This document shows positions 37,101 through 48,867 of a stretch of 64,000 bases of DNA, in pieces. The first letter of the stretch is position 1. The number at the start of each line of letters is the position of its first letter. The notes under the pieces are model-generated. The model was not told the DNA's origin. It did no database searches and worked only from the letters and a program-made list of their open reading frames with translations. The stretch is from Tricharina praecox (taxonomy: Eukaryota). The stretch is from assembly GCF_024521635.1 (NCBI RefSeq), contig NW_026250410.1, positions 1,178,001 through 1,242,000 on the forward strand, given 5' to 3'. The position numbers and the translations under genes were made by a program.

Positions 37101-40100
37101 ACCTTTCATCTTCTGACTGACAGCCCTGGTGCGGGCTCTGCCGTGTGATCGACTGGGTGATTTCAACACTCGCCAGCGCGACCAAGTTGCTCAAGAGCAC
37201 TAGTTGCCGTAGGAGGGTGACTACCCCAGCGTAGTTACTCCAGTTGGCAGTGTGGCTGGCGGAACATTCTGGTACCTACCCCTGTCGGTACGCGATCTCC
37301 CCAGTTCCCACGGGCGGCCGCTAGTTTTCGGACCAACCATCATCGCCAGTCCTTCGTTGGAGCAAATCATCTCAGCCCGTGGAATCGAGCTCGACGCCGG
37401 CCCCCGACCAAGAATCTTCGACATCCTGCGGACCTGTGGGTTCGAGCGTCACTGCATGATTGGTTCCTGCTTCGCCGACAAGCTTTTTCGACATGGCATG
37501 GCCCCCGGCATGCGGTTTCATCACACGCATTCCTTGCAGTGGAAAGAGGAAAGAGGAATCCCTCCCCCGCAGCTGAAAGAATTTTCGTTTTTCTTTATTC
37601 ATTTATCGCAGTACCAGCTAATCGTTCTACCTACTCTGCTCCAAGTCATGGCGATTGGGGTTGAGAAGATCAAATCGCACGTGGGCGTGAGTGGTGTCGG
37701 TGCGAGTGATGGGGGGGGGGGGGGGGGGAAGAGAGCGAGGGAAAGTCCACACGAGTGTGCAGCGACGCAGTGGTTCTGCTTGCGCCGTCGTCATCGCATC
37801 TACCTACCTGCGCCGGTGTTGAGTCGATCAGCCGGACTGCATACGGGCCGCTATGTATGATAGACTTGTATGTAGAGTGGTTACTCGGAGTAGAGTAGTG
37901 GTAGTCTGGTCAGCAGAGTATGTATTCCCGCCCGCACACGGCCACTTCCGAGGTGCGCAAAGGTCGGACTTGCCTCTCAAACAAAGACACTGTGGCGCAA
38001 AGACAAATAGAGAAGCCGAACAAAATTCCCCTAGGTGCAGGTGCTCGAGAGTACTGTAGTCATAAGGAGAATATTCCGCCCATGTGGACGGAACCCGCCT
38101 AGACCTCAGATCTGAAACAATTCTCACGAGCAGCTCGGTAGGCCTTCGACCATCACAGGCATCTGACTGGCCCCGAGCGAAACAAGCCGGGCCCCGATTC
38201 TTGGGCGGATCTGTTTTTTTTTCCTCCTCCTGCATGAGAACGTCACACATGGGTCTTGCAGCCGCGAAGGCTGGGCGATTAGTTTTCCAGGTTGTGATTG
38301 GCCGGCGGCTGTTGCTGGGACGTTACAGCTCGCCTTGCTCAGGAACCAGTGGGCCAGCCGGATTGGTTGGGCATCTCACGGAGGGGATGCATCCCTTGCA
38401 CATCGGCCTGCCCCTCTCCTCTCCCTTCCACACCTCCACACCAGGGCGTCCCGGCGTCCCTCTCTTTCTCGTCTTGCTTCTTCTTCATCTTCTCCTGATT
38501 CTCGGCTGGACTGAACCCCTTCCCTTCGTCCTTGTCCTGTTCCTGCAGGGGCGAGAAGGGCGTCGTCGTCGTCTTCGCGATGTGGTGTGCTGCCAACTAC
38601 TATACCCAGGCACTCTGCTAGTAGAGTTGCAGTTACCGGTCCTAGGGCCTCGTGAGAAATCCTGTTGTGCAGAAAAGAAAAAAGATGGTACCTGCGTATG
38701 GAGGCGTGGGCGGCGCAATTATTCAGCCCCCTCCAACCCTCCCTCCGTCCCTGCCTCCTCGTCCTCCTTCCTTGTGACGGTGGTCTGCCGTCGGATTGCC
38801 ACCGTTCGCGCGGACATGGGTGCGGTGCTTAGTGTTGGAGCTGCGGCAGGCTGCTGGGTGGTGGGTGGTGGTGAGTGGTGGTGAGTGGTGGGAGGTGGTG
38901 GGTGGTAACTAGCGGGGGGGGGTGGTGGGCGGTGGTGGTGGGCATGCTAGCTCGCAGCGATAGCTGCTCCTCCTAGCGGCCCTATTCACGCTCACTATTC
39001 ACACTACATCCCCATCACCGGTTAGTTATAAGAGGCGCCAGCCCTCACGATATTCTTTCGGTTCCTCATCCTTCACGGCTCATTCACTCTCTCACCCCCT
39101 CTCTCTCTCCCTTGCGACGACAACCTTCGACAGGTTCGGACTTTCTTTGACACTACACGCCTGCGGCACTGTACTCCCTTGATTGCTATTCTGTGAATAA
39201 CATCAGCCTCGTTCTTTTTACTCGCTCCAATCCCGTCAAAGTTTACTAGACATTCCTGTGAGTTGGCTCTTGCCCCATTCCACTCCCCATTCCACTGCCC
39301 ATTCACCCTCAATCGCCTGATCCAAAGATACTGACTGCTACGATAGTGTTGAAAACGTACCGGTTACGTCGCTTTACATTGTCTTCAATCATCATCCGAT
39401 AGAAAAAAAGTCCTACCTCGCAAGTTCGCAAGCTTAAAAACCCCATCTACAAACATCACATCAACACATCAACACATCAACATGCAGTTCACTTTCTCCA
39501 CCATCGCCGCTGTGGCCGCCCTCATCGGCTCGTCCGCCGCCCACATGATCATGGCCGACCCCCCGCAGTGGGTTGTTCCCGGAGAGTCCCTCGGTCCTCT
39601 CGACCCCTCCGGATCCGACTTCCCCTGCGCGAACGGTGTTGCCGTTACCACCGCCTCCCGCACCTACACCGCCGGCGAATCCGCGATCCTCCAGGTCCAG
39701 GGCTCCGCCGTCCACGGTGGTGGTTCCGGTCAGATGCTCATCACCTACGACATGCCTCCCACCGCGAGCAGTGTCTGGCGAGTGATGGTCTCGTTCGAGG
39801 GTGACCACCCCGTCAAGGCCGACGGCAACCTCCCCGCCGACCCCTACCTCCTGCACGCACCCATCTCGTACACGATCCCCGAGGGCCTCCCCTCAGGAAC
39901 CGCCGTCGTCGCCTGGTCGTGGTTCAACAGGGTCGGAAACCGTGAGATGTACATGAAGTGTGCCACCGTCGCCATCGAGGGCAAGACGGCGTCCGTTTCC
40001 AACCTCAGCGACGACCCCGCCATGCTCGCTCTCCCCACCTTCTTCCGTGCCAACAGCGGCAACGGCTGCACCGTCCCCGAGGGCATCGACGCCATCGCCT

Positions 40101-43100
40101 TCAAGTACCCCGGCACCCAGGTCGACCGCAAGGGCGGCTACACCGCCATTGCCGTCGACTGCGACGACTCCCAGCCCGGCACCGGCTCCGGCGACGAGAC
40201 CCCCGCACCCACCACCACCGCCGACGTTCCCGATGCCACCAGCACCGACGAGCCCACCCCCACCGACGAGGCGCCCGAGACCTCGGCGACCGCCTACCCC
40301 ACTGATCCCGCCGGAGGCGACGAGGAGTCCGGCGGCGACGAGGAGGCCGAGCCCGTTCCCACGTCGACTGCCGCGCCCACCGTCACCAACCCTTCTCCCA
40401 CCACCACCGGCTCGCCCACCTTCCCGCAGCCCACTGCCACCGGCTCGCCCACCTCCCCGCAGCCCACTGCCACCGGCTCGCCCGACTCCGGCACCTGCGT
40501 CGAGGGCGCCGTCTACTGCCACGACGACCGCACCTGGTCCATGTGCGGATCCGGCCGCATCCAGCTGATCGGCCAAGTCCCCGCGGGCATGAAGTGCGTC
40601 GACGGTATCTTCTCGGCCGACAAGAAGCGGTCCATCCGGTTCTCGTCCGAGCACATGCGCCACCGCCGCCACTAGATCATCACTCACTCAGTCGTGATTG
40701 GTTTACGGGTTCGAGTTTCTTTGTACATCTAGATTGGGTTTCTTGGGAAAAAGGGGCTACAGGACGGGGGTTGTATATACACGGTTTGGGTTGGTTCGGA
40801 GGAGTTGGGTCTGGTCTGGTTCAGTCCTTCTTACGGTTGTCTGCTTTTTTTATTATCGGGTTTGGGTTTGGGTCCGGGTTTCCAGCGTTTTGAGAGCGGT
40901 TGGGATGGTATTGAATGAGTGTGTCTGTGCTGTTTTCCGTTGTTATTGTTTACCGGTGTGGTTTTTCCTCTTACTCTCCTGTCCATAAAATTACAAAAGG
41001 TCGTCAGGGTCGCGTTATCTGTAACTTGTAACTTTCCACGTAACTAACTAACGAACTACATGTTATCTATGCATACTTCCAACCATCGTGAGCGTCTGGC
41101 TGGCGACAAAAGTGAAGAAGTGAAGTGACATATGCAGGGGTGGGGAGGTTAGGCCAGTTGAAGTTTTTGCTTTTTTTTTCTTCTCATCTTTGTTTCTCCA
41201 ACTTGTGCACGCCTCGAATTCTCCACACTCCACAATCCTGTCCTGAGTCCACCCCACAGACCCGCGCCGCAGCGAGAGTTTGATGTATGTGCCCAAAGAC
41301 GTCCCGTTAATGTTTCGAACTTTCGCCAGCAAGCCTCCGCTCTCCGTCTCGCCGCCCGCCCGCCTTCCACCCGCCGTCCGCCCGTCGAACTTCGGTACCC
41401 AAGACTCAAGTATCCACTAGCATGTACATAGTCTACCGACCGACCGATCGGACAGCGCCGACACAGAACGCACCAGTGCTCACACGAAACTACGCTTGCT
41501 TGTTTCACGTTTCACGATCGAACAGGGGAGGGGCGGGGACGAACGAGGGGGGGAGGGGGTGCTGAAGAATTTTGAGGTTTGCGCGACCGACTGGTTCTCG
41601 GGATAGGTACGTACGTAAAACATACAAATATACACAAATACGCAAAACAAACATGAACATAACACAAACATGAACATAACATAAACATGAACAAACACAA
41701 CAGACACAAACACAAACCGTACCTGCATAACCACATCGTTAACCGCCACCGCTGCGGTTGCTATGCACATATGCTCTGCTATGGGATGCTGTGCTATGCA
41801 TGCGATACGACGTGATGCGATGCGATGCCTCGCTAGCGTACGTAGGGCAGACCCAAGTTCCAACCCCCAGACCCAACCCCCCCGGAGTCAGGAGCCAGGA
41901 GTCAACGCATGCCTGATCGCTCGGACGGATCCCCCGGACGGAGGACGATACGGCGATACGTGCTTACGTACGCTGTGCTCCCTCCCCTGTTTCCTGTCGA
42001 CTGTCTCCTATGTCATGCACCGACTCCAGCCTCCGGTGCGCGTAGGTATGTATGGTAGGGAGCAAGGCTGTGGTAGGTATCGATGCGCACCCACCCACCC
42101 ACCCACCCCTAGGCACGACGGCGGCGGCGGCGGCGGCGGCGGCGGTGGTGGTGGTGGTGGTGCGCGGGTATGTAGGGGTGGTTGGGCGTGTGTACTGGTA
42201 TATATGTAGAGAACTGGTACCGGTATGTACCGGTATGTACGTAGAGACGTAGAGTACGGTACGTACTTGCACTGATGTTTGCTGATGTTTGCTGATGTTT
42301 GCGTGTAGGTATGCTACATACCTACCTACCTTGCACATAGTTCTGGTTACTTGATCATTGACATACCACGCGTCGACAAGGACAAGGACAAGGACAAGGA
42401 CAGGGTGCGTGAGCGGTGGCGAGTCGCGAGTCACGACGTGCTGGGTTTCTGCCACTGGGTTTCCTGGCCTGGGCGATGGATGTCGGTATGTGGGTATGTA
42501 CCTAGAAGGTCCACGCCGGTCCGCGCCGGGCTGTGGGGGCGGCTGGGGTCGGGGGCAGCAGGGGGAGGGGGGAGGGGGGAGCGGGGCGAGTGAGGGGCGG
42601 CGGCGAGTGAGGGTGTGTGCGTGGGCTGTTTGGGGTATATGGATACCTGTTACCGGCTTCGTGGGAGGGAGGGGGAGGCCTGGGAGGAAGGTAGGGCTGG
42701 CTGGCAAAAGTCAATGTCAATGTCCCTTGAGACGGTGGCGAGAAGGCTCAAGGTGACCGTGGGATTTAAGGACTACCTACGGTGGGGGGATGGGGAGCGT
42801 TGTATCGGTAAGTAATAGGTGGCGGTCGGACTGAACCTGGAACCTGGAAAGTCGATACTTCCTATATAGAACTCTCAGCGGTAAATAAGAAAAAATGAAA
42901 ACGGCGACTACCTGTTTGAGGCTTTGAATTTTGAGAAGAATTTGGACACCTGCACCGCTTCTGTGACTTCCAAGTTCCCACGACATGGCAGCTGACGGGG
43001 TGACGCTCGGGATGCAATAGAGCAGTGTCGTAAAGCAAAATTGGTGAAATTTGGGCTTCCAGGTCTAGTTTTAAGACGTCAGGGGTGCGATTTATGTTTC

Positions 43101-43975
43101 TGCCATGTTTGATCGAGTGATATACTGTGCGACGGAATTTTGGCACTCGAAGTCAAAATCTACGATCCAAGGGATAGCTACCACCTCAACCTCCAGTGTT
43201 CACGAGCTACAGTACCTAGATATAGTGGCACAAAGTAAGATGCGATTGATACGGGAATAATACCGCAGTCATTTGAATACGGAAGAACTACTAGATTTGT
43301 GTTCAATACGTATGCCCACTTTTAGAATAGTCCAAAGGACACGTATTTCCATAACGATAGGAGCCGTACCGTATCGAACAGTAATACGTCGTCTACAGAT
43401 AATGAGAGTTCTACAGTGTTGCAATACACTGCGTAACCATATCAAGCGTGTAGTTGCAGGCTCGTCCTATAAACAAGACGGCGTGTTTAGTTCACTTCAG
43501 TAGTACTGGGTACGTGAGTTTCGAATTAATATGACCTGATGACTACGGTATCACTACTGGAAGACTTCCGTGCTTGCAGAAATCGGTTCTCACCGGTACT
43601 TTAGGGTCTGTACGATTCGATCTTTTGGAATATCATGTGTACAGTGCTTCCTCACCGCGTTCATCAACACCCGATGAAATCTGAAATCCTTTCCCCATTC
43701 CCCCTACCACTGTCAAATCCACCTCCAACTCCATCGCCAATACCACCAAACTCCGGCGCCCTACTCCTCAGTGCTCACCGTAGCTGCATGTCCATCTCGT
43801 CACAGAATCACGAATTCTCACCCGGTATACTAGTATCATCGTCGGCGGTGCGTTTGCGACGATCGTTCGGAATGTTGTCTGGATCCAACTTCCAAGCAGT
43901 AGAGTCCACCCGCAACTCCTCGCGGTGTTCGGAGTTCCGAGCTGCACTAACTTTTGCGTGACGCCAAGAGGAGAA
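34130..43975. repeat. Multi-kb degenerate inverted-repeat pair enclosing the AA11 gene
   Basis: 34341-34352 / 43884-43895 (12/12); 35225-35235 / 43368-43378 (11/11); 35865-35915 / 42732-42815; 36303-36328 / 42244-42267; collinear. Confidence 0.8.
39482..40675 (+). CDS. AA11 lytic polysaccharide monooxygenase with Thr/Pro linker and C-terminal 4-Cys (X278-like) module, 397 aa
   Basis: Signal peptide followed by His1 (SAA|HMIM), DFPC, GSAVHGGGS, WSWFNRVGNREMYMKCA, LP..F.AN..NGC; C-terminal CVEG..YC..WSMC..G..VPAGMKC. Confidence 0.95.
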   Translation: MQFTFSTIAAVAALIGSSAAHMIMADPPQWVVPGESLGPLDPSGSDFPCANGVAVTTASRTYTAGESAILQVQGSAVHGGGSGQMLITYDMPPTASSVWRVMVSFEGDHPVKADGNLPADPYLLHAPISYTIPEGLPSGTAVVAWSWFNRVGNREMYMKCATVAIEGKTASVSNLSDDPAMLALPTFFRANSGNGCTVPEGIDAIAFKYPGTQVDRKGGYTAIAVDCDDSQPGTGSGDETPAPTTTADVPDATSTDEPTPTDEAPETSATAYPTDPAGGDEESGGDEEAEPVPTSTAAPTVTNPSPTTTGSPTFPQPTATGSPTSPQPTATGSPDSGTCVEGAVYCHDDRTWSMCGSGRIQLIGQVPAGMKCVDGIFSADKKRSIRFSSEHMRHRRH

Positions 43976-46593
43976 CTTGGAAGACCTCGTGCGTGCACTC
44001 GCCTCGTGTCGTCACACCGAGCCAGTGTACTAGTCATTGAATATCGGAGTTGATCCGTAAGGAAGGAAGAATGGTTACTCTAAAAGAAACTGTCGAGACC
44101 CGAGAGCAGTCCTTAGATTTGGATCGGAATCACAGTCCCTGGAATCACAGTTTCTCACTTAAAAGTTGACGCACGTTTTTTTTCCTCTCCGGCTGTTGCC
44201 ACGGCCATTGCACCAAGCGGTCGGAGACAGTGGGGAAGAACCGGATGTGTACTACAGCCATGATCTACTAAGGTCGAATGCTAAGATGATTATACAAAAA
44301 AAGGTCACTGCATCACTGCACCAACTAAAGTATATCATGGGCAGCGGGGTCTCTTATATACAGTATCCAGAATCGGTCCGGGGGAGATCTCCGGTAGGCT
44401 CAAGCAGTGATCCGGTCCAGTCTGGTTCGCGCATTCTCCGGGTAGACAGTGCCCCGGCCCGCTCCGTACATTCTTCGGTCGTCCAATACCGGACAGTTAG
44501 CTTCTCCCGACTCGTCACTCGTCTTTTGCACGTATGTAATCCATGGAACCTGGTAGTTGTGGTGGCGGCAATGGGCGTCAACGTACGATATGGCAGCTTC
44601 ATGCGGGCTCACGTCGCCATAGAGTAGAATTGACGTTCCGAGCCTGATAGCCAGTCGATCGCATCGAGAACTGCTCAGCAGCGAGCAGCACTTTGGAGAA
44701 AAGCCGCCCAAAACCTGCGCCACGGTCCGTCAGCCGGCGGAGGAGCCGGATGCTTGAACACGAAGTGGAACGACGTGGACGGACGTGGAACGGTTGGGGC
44801 GCTCCGCGCTCGTGGAAATGTGGAAATGTGGAAATATGGAGATGTGACAGCAGACGTGGCCTGTGGATATGCCATTGCCCCCCATGGCAATGGACCCATG
44901 GGCCCTGCCTAGCCACCTGATGCGCAGCGGCCTAAGGGCCTGGAGCTGGAGGACAGTTAGCAGAAGGGCTACAAAAGCTAAAAATTTAAGAAACTGGATC
45001 CAACTCAGAGTCTTAGAGCAGACCAGACCAGAGATCGCGGGCAGGAGCAGCACTGCAGCAGGGTGCTTTCGGTTCATGCCTGGCCAGCACCTGAGATTTG
45101 AAGTAAATCGTGGACGACCATTGCCTGTTACCTACCTACTCGTTTCCGGTGGTGGTGGTGGTGGTGCGATCCCAAGATTATCATGACTTGCTGCACGCGC
45201 CAACGGCCAGCGGCCAGAACCCCGAAAGTTAAAGCACTTGTTCGTTCGAGCACCCCCGCAGTTCGGAAGTTCCAGTGCGTTAGGAGGAAATGGCAAAAGG
45301 ACACAGGCCCACGAGATGGGGATCACCCGGCTTGTGACGGATGAATGGGAGGTGCAGTTTGGTGAGCCTGACCTCCCTACAATTTATGTACATACGCATC
45401 ATGGTCCACGGGTGTTGGTCGGCTGGTCTGCTGGCTGGCTGGCGTGTGAGGTAGAAAAAGGAACGGCTGGCTGGCGAGGACTTGGACTTGGACTTGGAGG
45501 AGAGCGCGGAGAATGAAGAAGAAGAAGCGACGGGCAAGCGAGGGAAGTGGAAGAGAAAAGAGAAGGGGCAATAGATGGTGGCGAGGTGGGCGCAGCTTTT
45601 GTCTTGCATTTCCTTTCCCGAGTCAGTCACTCTTCTTTCGAATCGGTGATCGTAGGATGCGGGGTCACTGTATGTCACATGGTCTAGATAGGCTGTACGG
45701 CGACAAGGAGTCAAAAACGTAAGCAGGCCATCCTCAAAGCTCACACAGAATGCAAGGTAACTCGGCGTTGCACACGTTTATCACTCGCCCCACGTTTTCT
45801 GATATTCCGCCCCCGCCATATGCATGACATCGGCTCGTGCTTCGATTCAGAAGCATTCGGCTGACTGGCTGTATGCATATGGGTAGGATCTGAAGTCGCC
45901 ACCGCTGTTGCAAACTTTTGATCAGGTCGATATGAGCTCCGTATCATACGAGATTCGGCGACCTGTTTCTTTGTTTGTACTTACGTACACACGCTGCTGG
46001 ATCTCGATCTTTCGACTCCGCCGACCCGGTATCGATTTTTTGTGGCGAGCCAGAGATCTGATATTGAGAGACGCAAGAAAATGAAGGGCCATCTTCACCT
46101 GGCTCGTAATGCACAAAGCGAAGCGCCTGCGAGCACAGTGGTGGGATAGCGGCCTTGATTCCGCCTGGTGGTTATTACCCAACGGAATCAAGACGGCACT
46201 TTGCTTTTACTGCATGTGGCCATCAATGACGGGTGCAGATGCGTATGGGACCATAGGGGTGACGTGAGTAAACTTAAATCTCACATTCCTCATGGCATGA
46301 TACAAGACTTAGCTACACCTGGCACTCCTGGCACTTGCGATGTACGGTACGCCACTCTGGCAGAACCGACACGAAGACGTCTTCTTGGTCTCGTCCAACC
46401 TGCTACGGCCAATCTCCGGGCATGAGTGTATGATACCATCATCTTTGAATTCCTCGCTTCATTTCCACAAGAAATATCGCCACTGTAACTATGCTGCTCT
46501 CTTCATTCGCCTCGAAACGGCACTAAACAAGAACGATACCCACTCCAGTCTCCCATGCACCCACCCCCAAAAAGCCAAAACAAATCCCGTGCT

Positions 46594-47196
46594 CTACAGT
46601 AGCGTCTTGGGACTGAACTCGAAACTCCTACCGCCACCTGCACTTCTCCGTCTCACGAAATCCCACCTCACAGCGCTCCAACACGGTCCACCCTCGCCCT
46701 CGCCCTCCCCAGCGGCAACCTCCGCCATCTCACTGAACCCAGGCAATTGCATCTTCCCCTCCGCTCCCCCCGCCCCCTCCTTCGGTGTCGGCAGCTTCAG
46801 GTCTGCCGTTCTGGGCGTGGTGATGCCAGCACGGTACGTGTGCCTGCACACCCTGGGATCCCCGGCGACCTCGAGCACCCCCAGCTTCTGTTTCGGGACG
46901 GTGATCGGTGCTATGCGCGAGCTCGCCAGGCGGCTTGTTCGCTTGCTGAAGGAGGAGGGAACACGGTGGGCGGGGCCAAATTCCGAGCCGCGGTGAGAGA
47001 AGGAGGGGGGAGGGAGTGGGCAGGGCTTCTTGTGGGACCGGTCGGTCCAAGAAGCGGGCGAGGACCGCTTCAAAGACGACGGTGTATTGGCTGAGTGGAC
47101 GTGGGCGGCGGGCTCTGAGGGATCGCGGATCGAACAGGGTACGCCTGGACGGGGTGCGGACTCCGATGGGTGTGTCGCTGAATATTTTGGGGCCAT
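46594..47196 (-). CDS. Hypothetical protein, 200 aa
   Basis: CACCATGG start context, Ser/Pro-rich, short 'LPGFSEM' motif. It is flanked by its own inverted-repeat pair, like the recognisable genes. Confidence 0.5.
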   Translation of the reverse strand: MAPKYSATHPSESAPRPGVPCSIRDPSEPAAHVHSANTPSSLKRSSPASWTDRSHKKPCPLPPPSFSHRGSEFGPAHRVPSSFSKRTSRLASSRIAPITVPKQKLGVLEVAGDPRVCRHTYRAGITTPRTADLKLPTPKEGAGGAEGKMQLPGFSEMAEVAAGEGEGEGGPCWSAVRWDFVRRRSAGGGRSFEFSPKTLL

Positions 47197-48867
47197 GGTG
47201 AGTGAACTTCTGGTGGCTGGAAATTTTGTCTACCTACCTCAAGGCTCACTCCCTCTCGCTTCAGCTCTTAAAATACCTCTCAACAAGCCTCCCAGCTCTC
47301 CAAACAGCGTCTCATAGCTTGCAACCTAAAACATCTCGAGTGACTGGCTGTGTCTCGCAATCAAAGAATCGGACACCTGTCAACCGCAAACCCAATAAGC
47401 ACCATCAGTACCATCAGCACCGTAACCCGGTAACCTTTCTTTGTCTACCACGCCAAGCGTTTTGGATTGAGGGAGGGAGGGCGGGCTCGTCTGCCGCGGA
47501 CCGGAACTCCATGGCGTTTTCGCGACAGTCCATTAAACCTCAACCCTTCTCCGTCGAGTCGTCGACTCATCCCTCGCGTCGCTGTTTGTTACACCTTTTC
47601 TGTCCAGTCGAAGCAAGAGGGAAATCCGAAAGCTAACTGTGATTGTGGATGAGGCACAAGAATCAGACCGGAACTTTTTCCCATTGCCAACGGATCCGTG
47701 CGAGCTGGTCTACGTACCGTAGGCCCGGCCAGGCCCCCACGGCATTTACTCTACCGCACACCCTCTACCTATCGCACACCGTCCACCGCCTGCGGCAAAG
47801 GCGTCGGCTATTTTCTGTCGTCCCTCCCTTCGTTCCACCCATATCCGTCAACCCGCCAATCGTCCGTCCGCCTTCCATCTGCGAGCACACCCTCACCCTC
47901 ACCCTCATCACCACCGAGAATCCCAGCGTCCCCCCTCTCCCTTCCCCCGCACACGTAATCATATCTCCTCTCCGAATCCCCGCATTTCCACCGATTTTCA
48001 CGAGATGGCCTACTTAGTGATGCAAGGGGGTGAATTGACAGCGGCGCAGAAAGATTAAAAAAAACCCCAGAAAAGAAAAAGAAAAGAAAAGAAAAGAAAA
48101 GAAAAAGGAAAAGAAAAACACGAAGCAACCGAGCCACTACTCTACCCAGAGTAGATATTGGATACGCGTGGCTGACAGCTGTGCGTGGACCGTGGACGAG
48201 TCCGGTTGAGTAAGCGTGTGGTGGTGGTGAGCGTATGCATTGGGCAATTACTTATCCCCCCTTGATCGTGTCCGAGCTCCCCCGCCGTGTTTTGGCTCTG
48301 CTCTGCTCTGCTCTGGCCGCGCAGCCCCACCATCGAGATCTGGGCGGTCTCCTGTTCAGGTCATTTCCATTCCAGCCTAGTAGGAGTCTTGGGCGGTGGG
48401 CGGATGGTGGGATTTCATTACCAAAATCCTTGAAATCCAGCGAAGGGATGGGTTGGGGTTTCCAGGAAGTAAGGTGCTACCCATATTAGAAGCGGGCGCG
48501 TTTTTGAGGATCATTTCGTGATTCGTGAACGGAAAAGTGAGCCGGACGATGTGTTACAATAGTAGGTAATGGTAATGTGAATTCAATGGTCTTTACAGTA
48601 GCTACACGAACGAGATTACGGAAAAACCCAAAGGAGAGCGAGAGCAGAACGGAAACAGGTATGCATAAGAAAAACCGATTTACCCTAAAGTAAGTACGTA
48701 AAGAAAGAAGGAAACAAGGACTAGAATATTTAAGCTTGCAAGAAAGAAAGTACACCTGCAGCCAGCCAGACAAAATGAAAATGAGCGAATGCGAATGCGC
48801 CACATAAACGAGTGATACCCCGTGTCCAACAGGTCCCACACCATGCACACCATTCGAAAGGAAATGA

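Noticed and set aside
37221..38884. ORFs of 200-266 aa upstream of AA11
   Set aside because: Non-ATG starts, no domain or codon bias; treated as non-coding.
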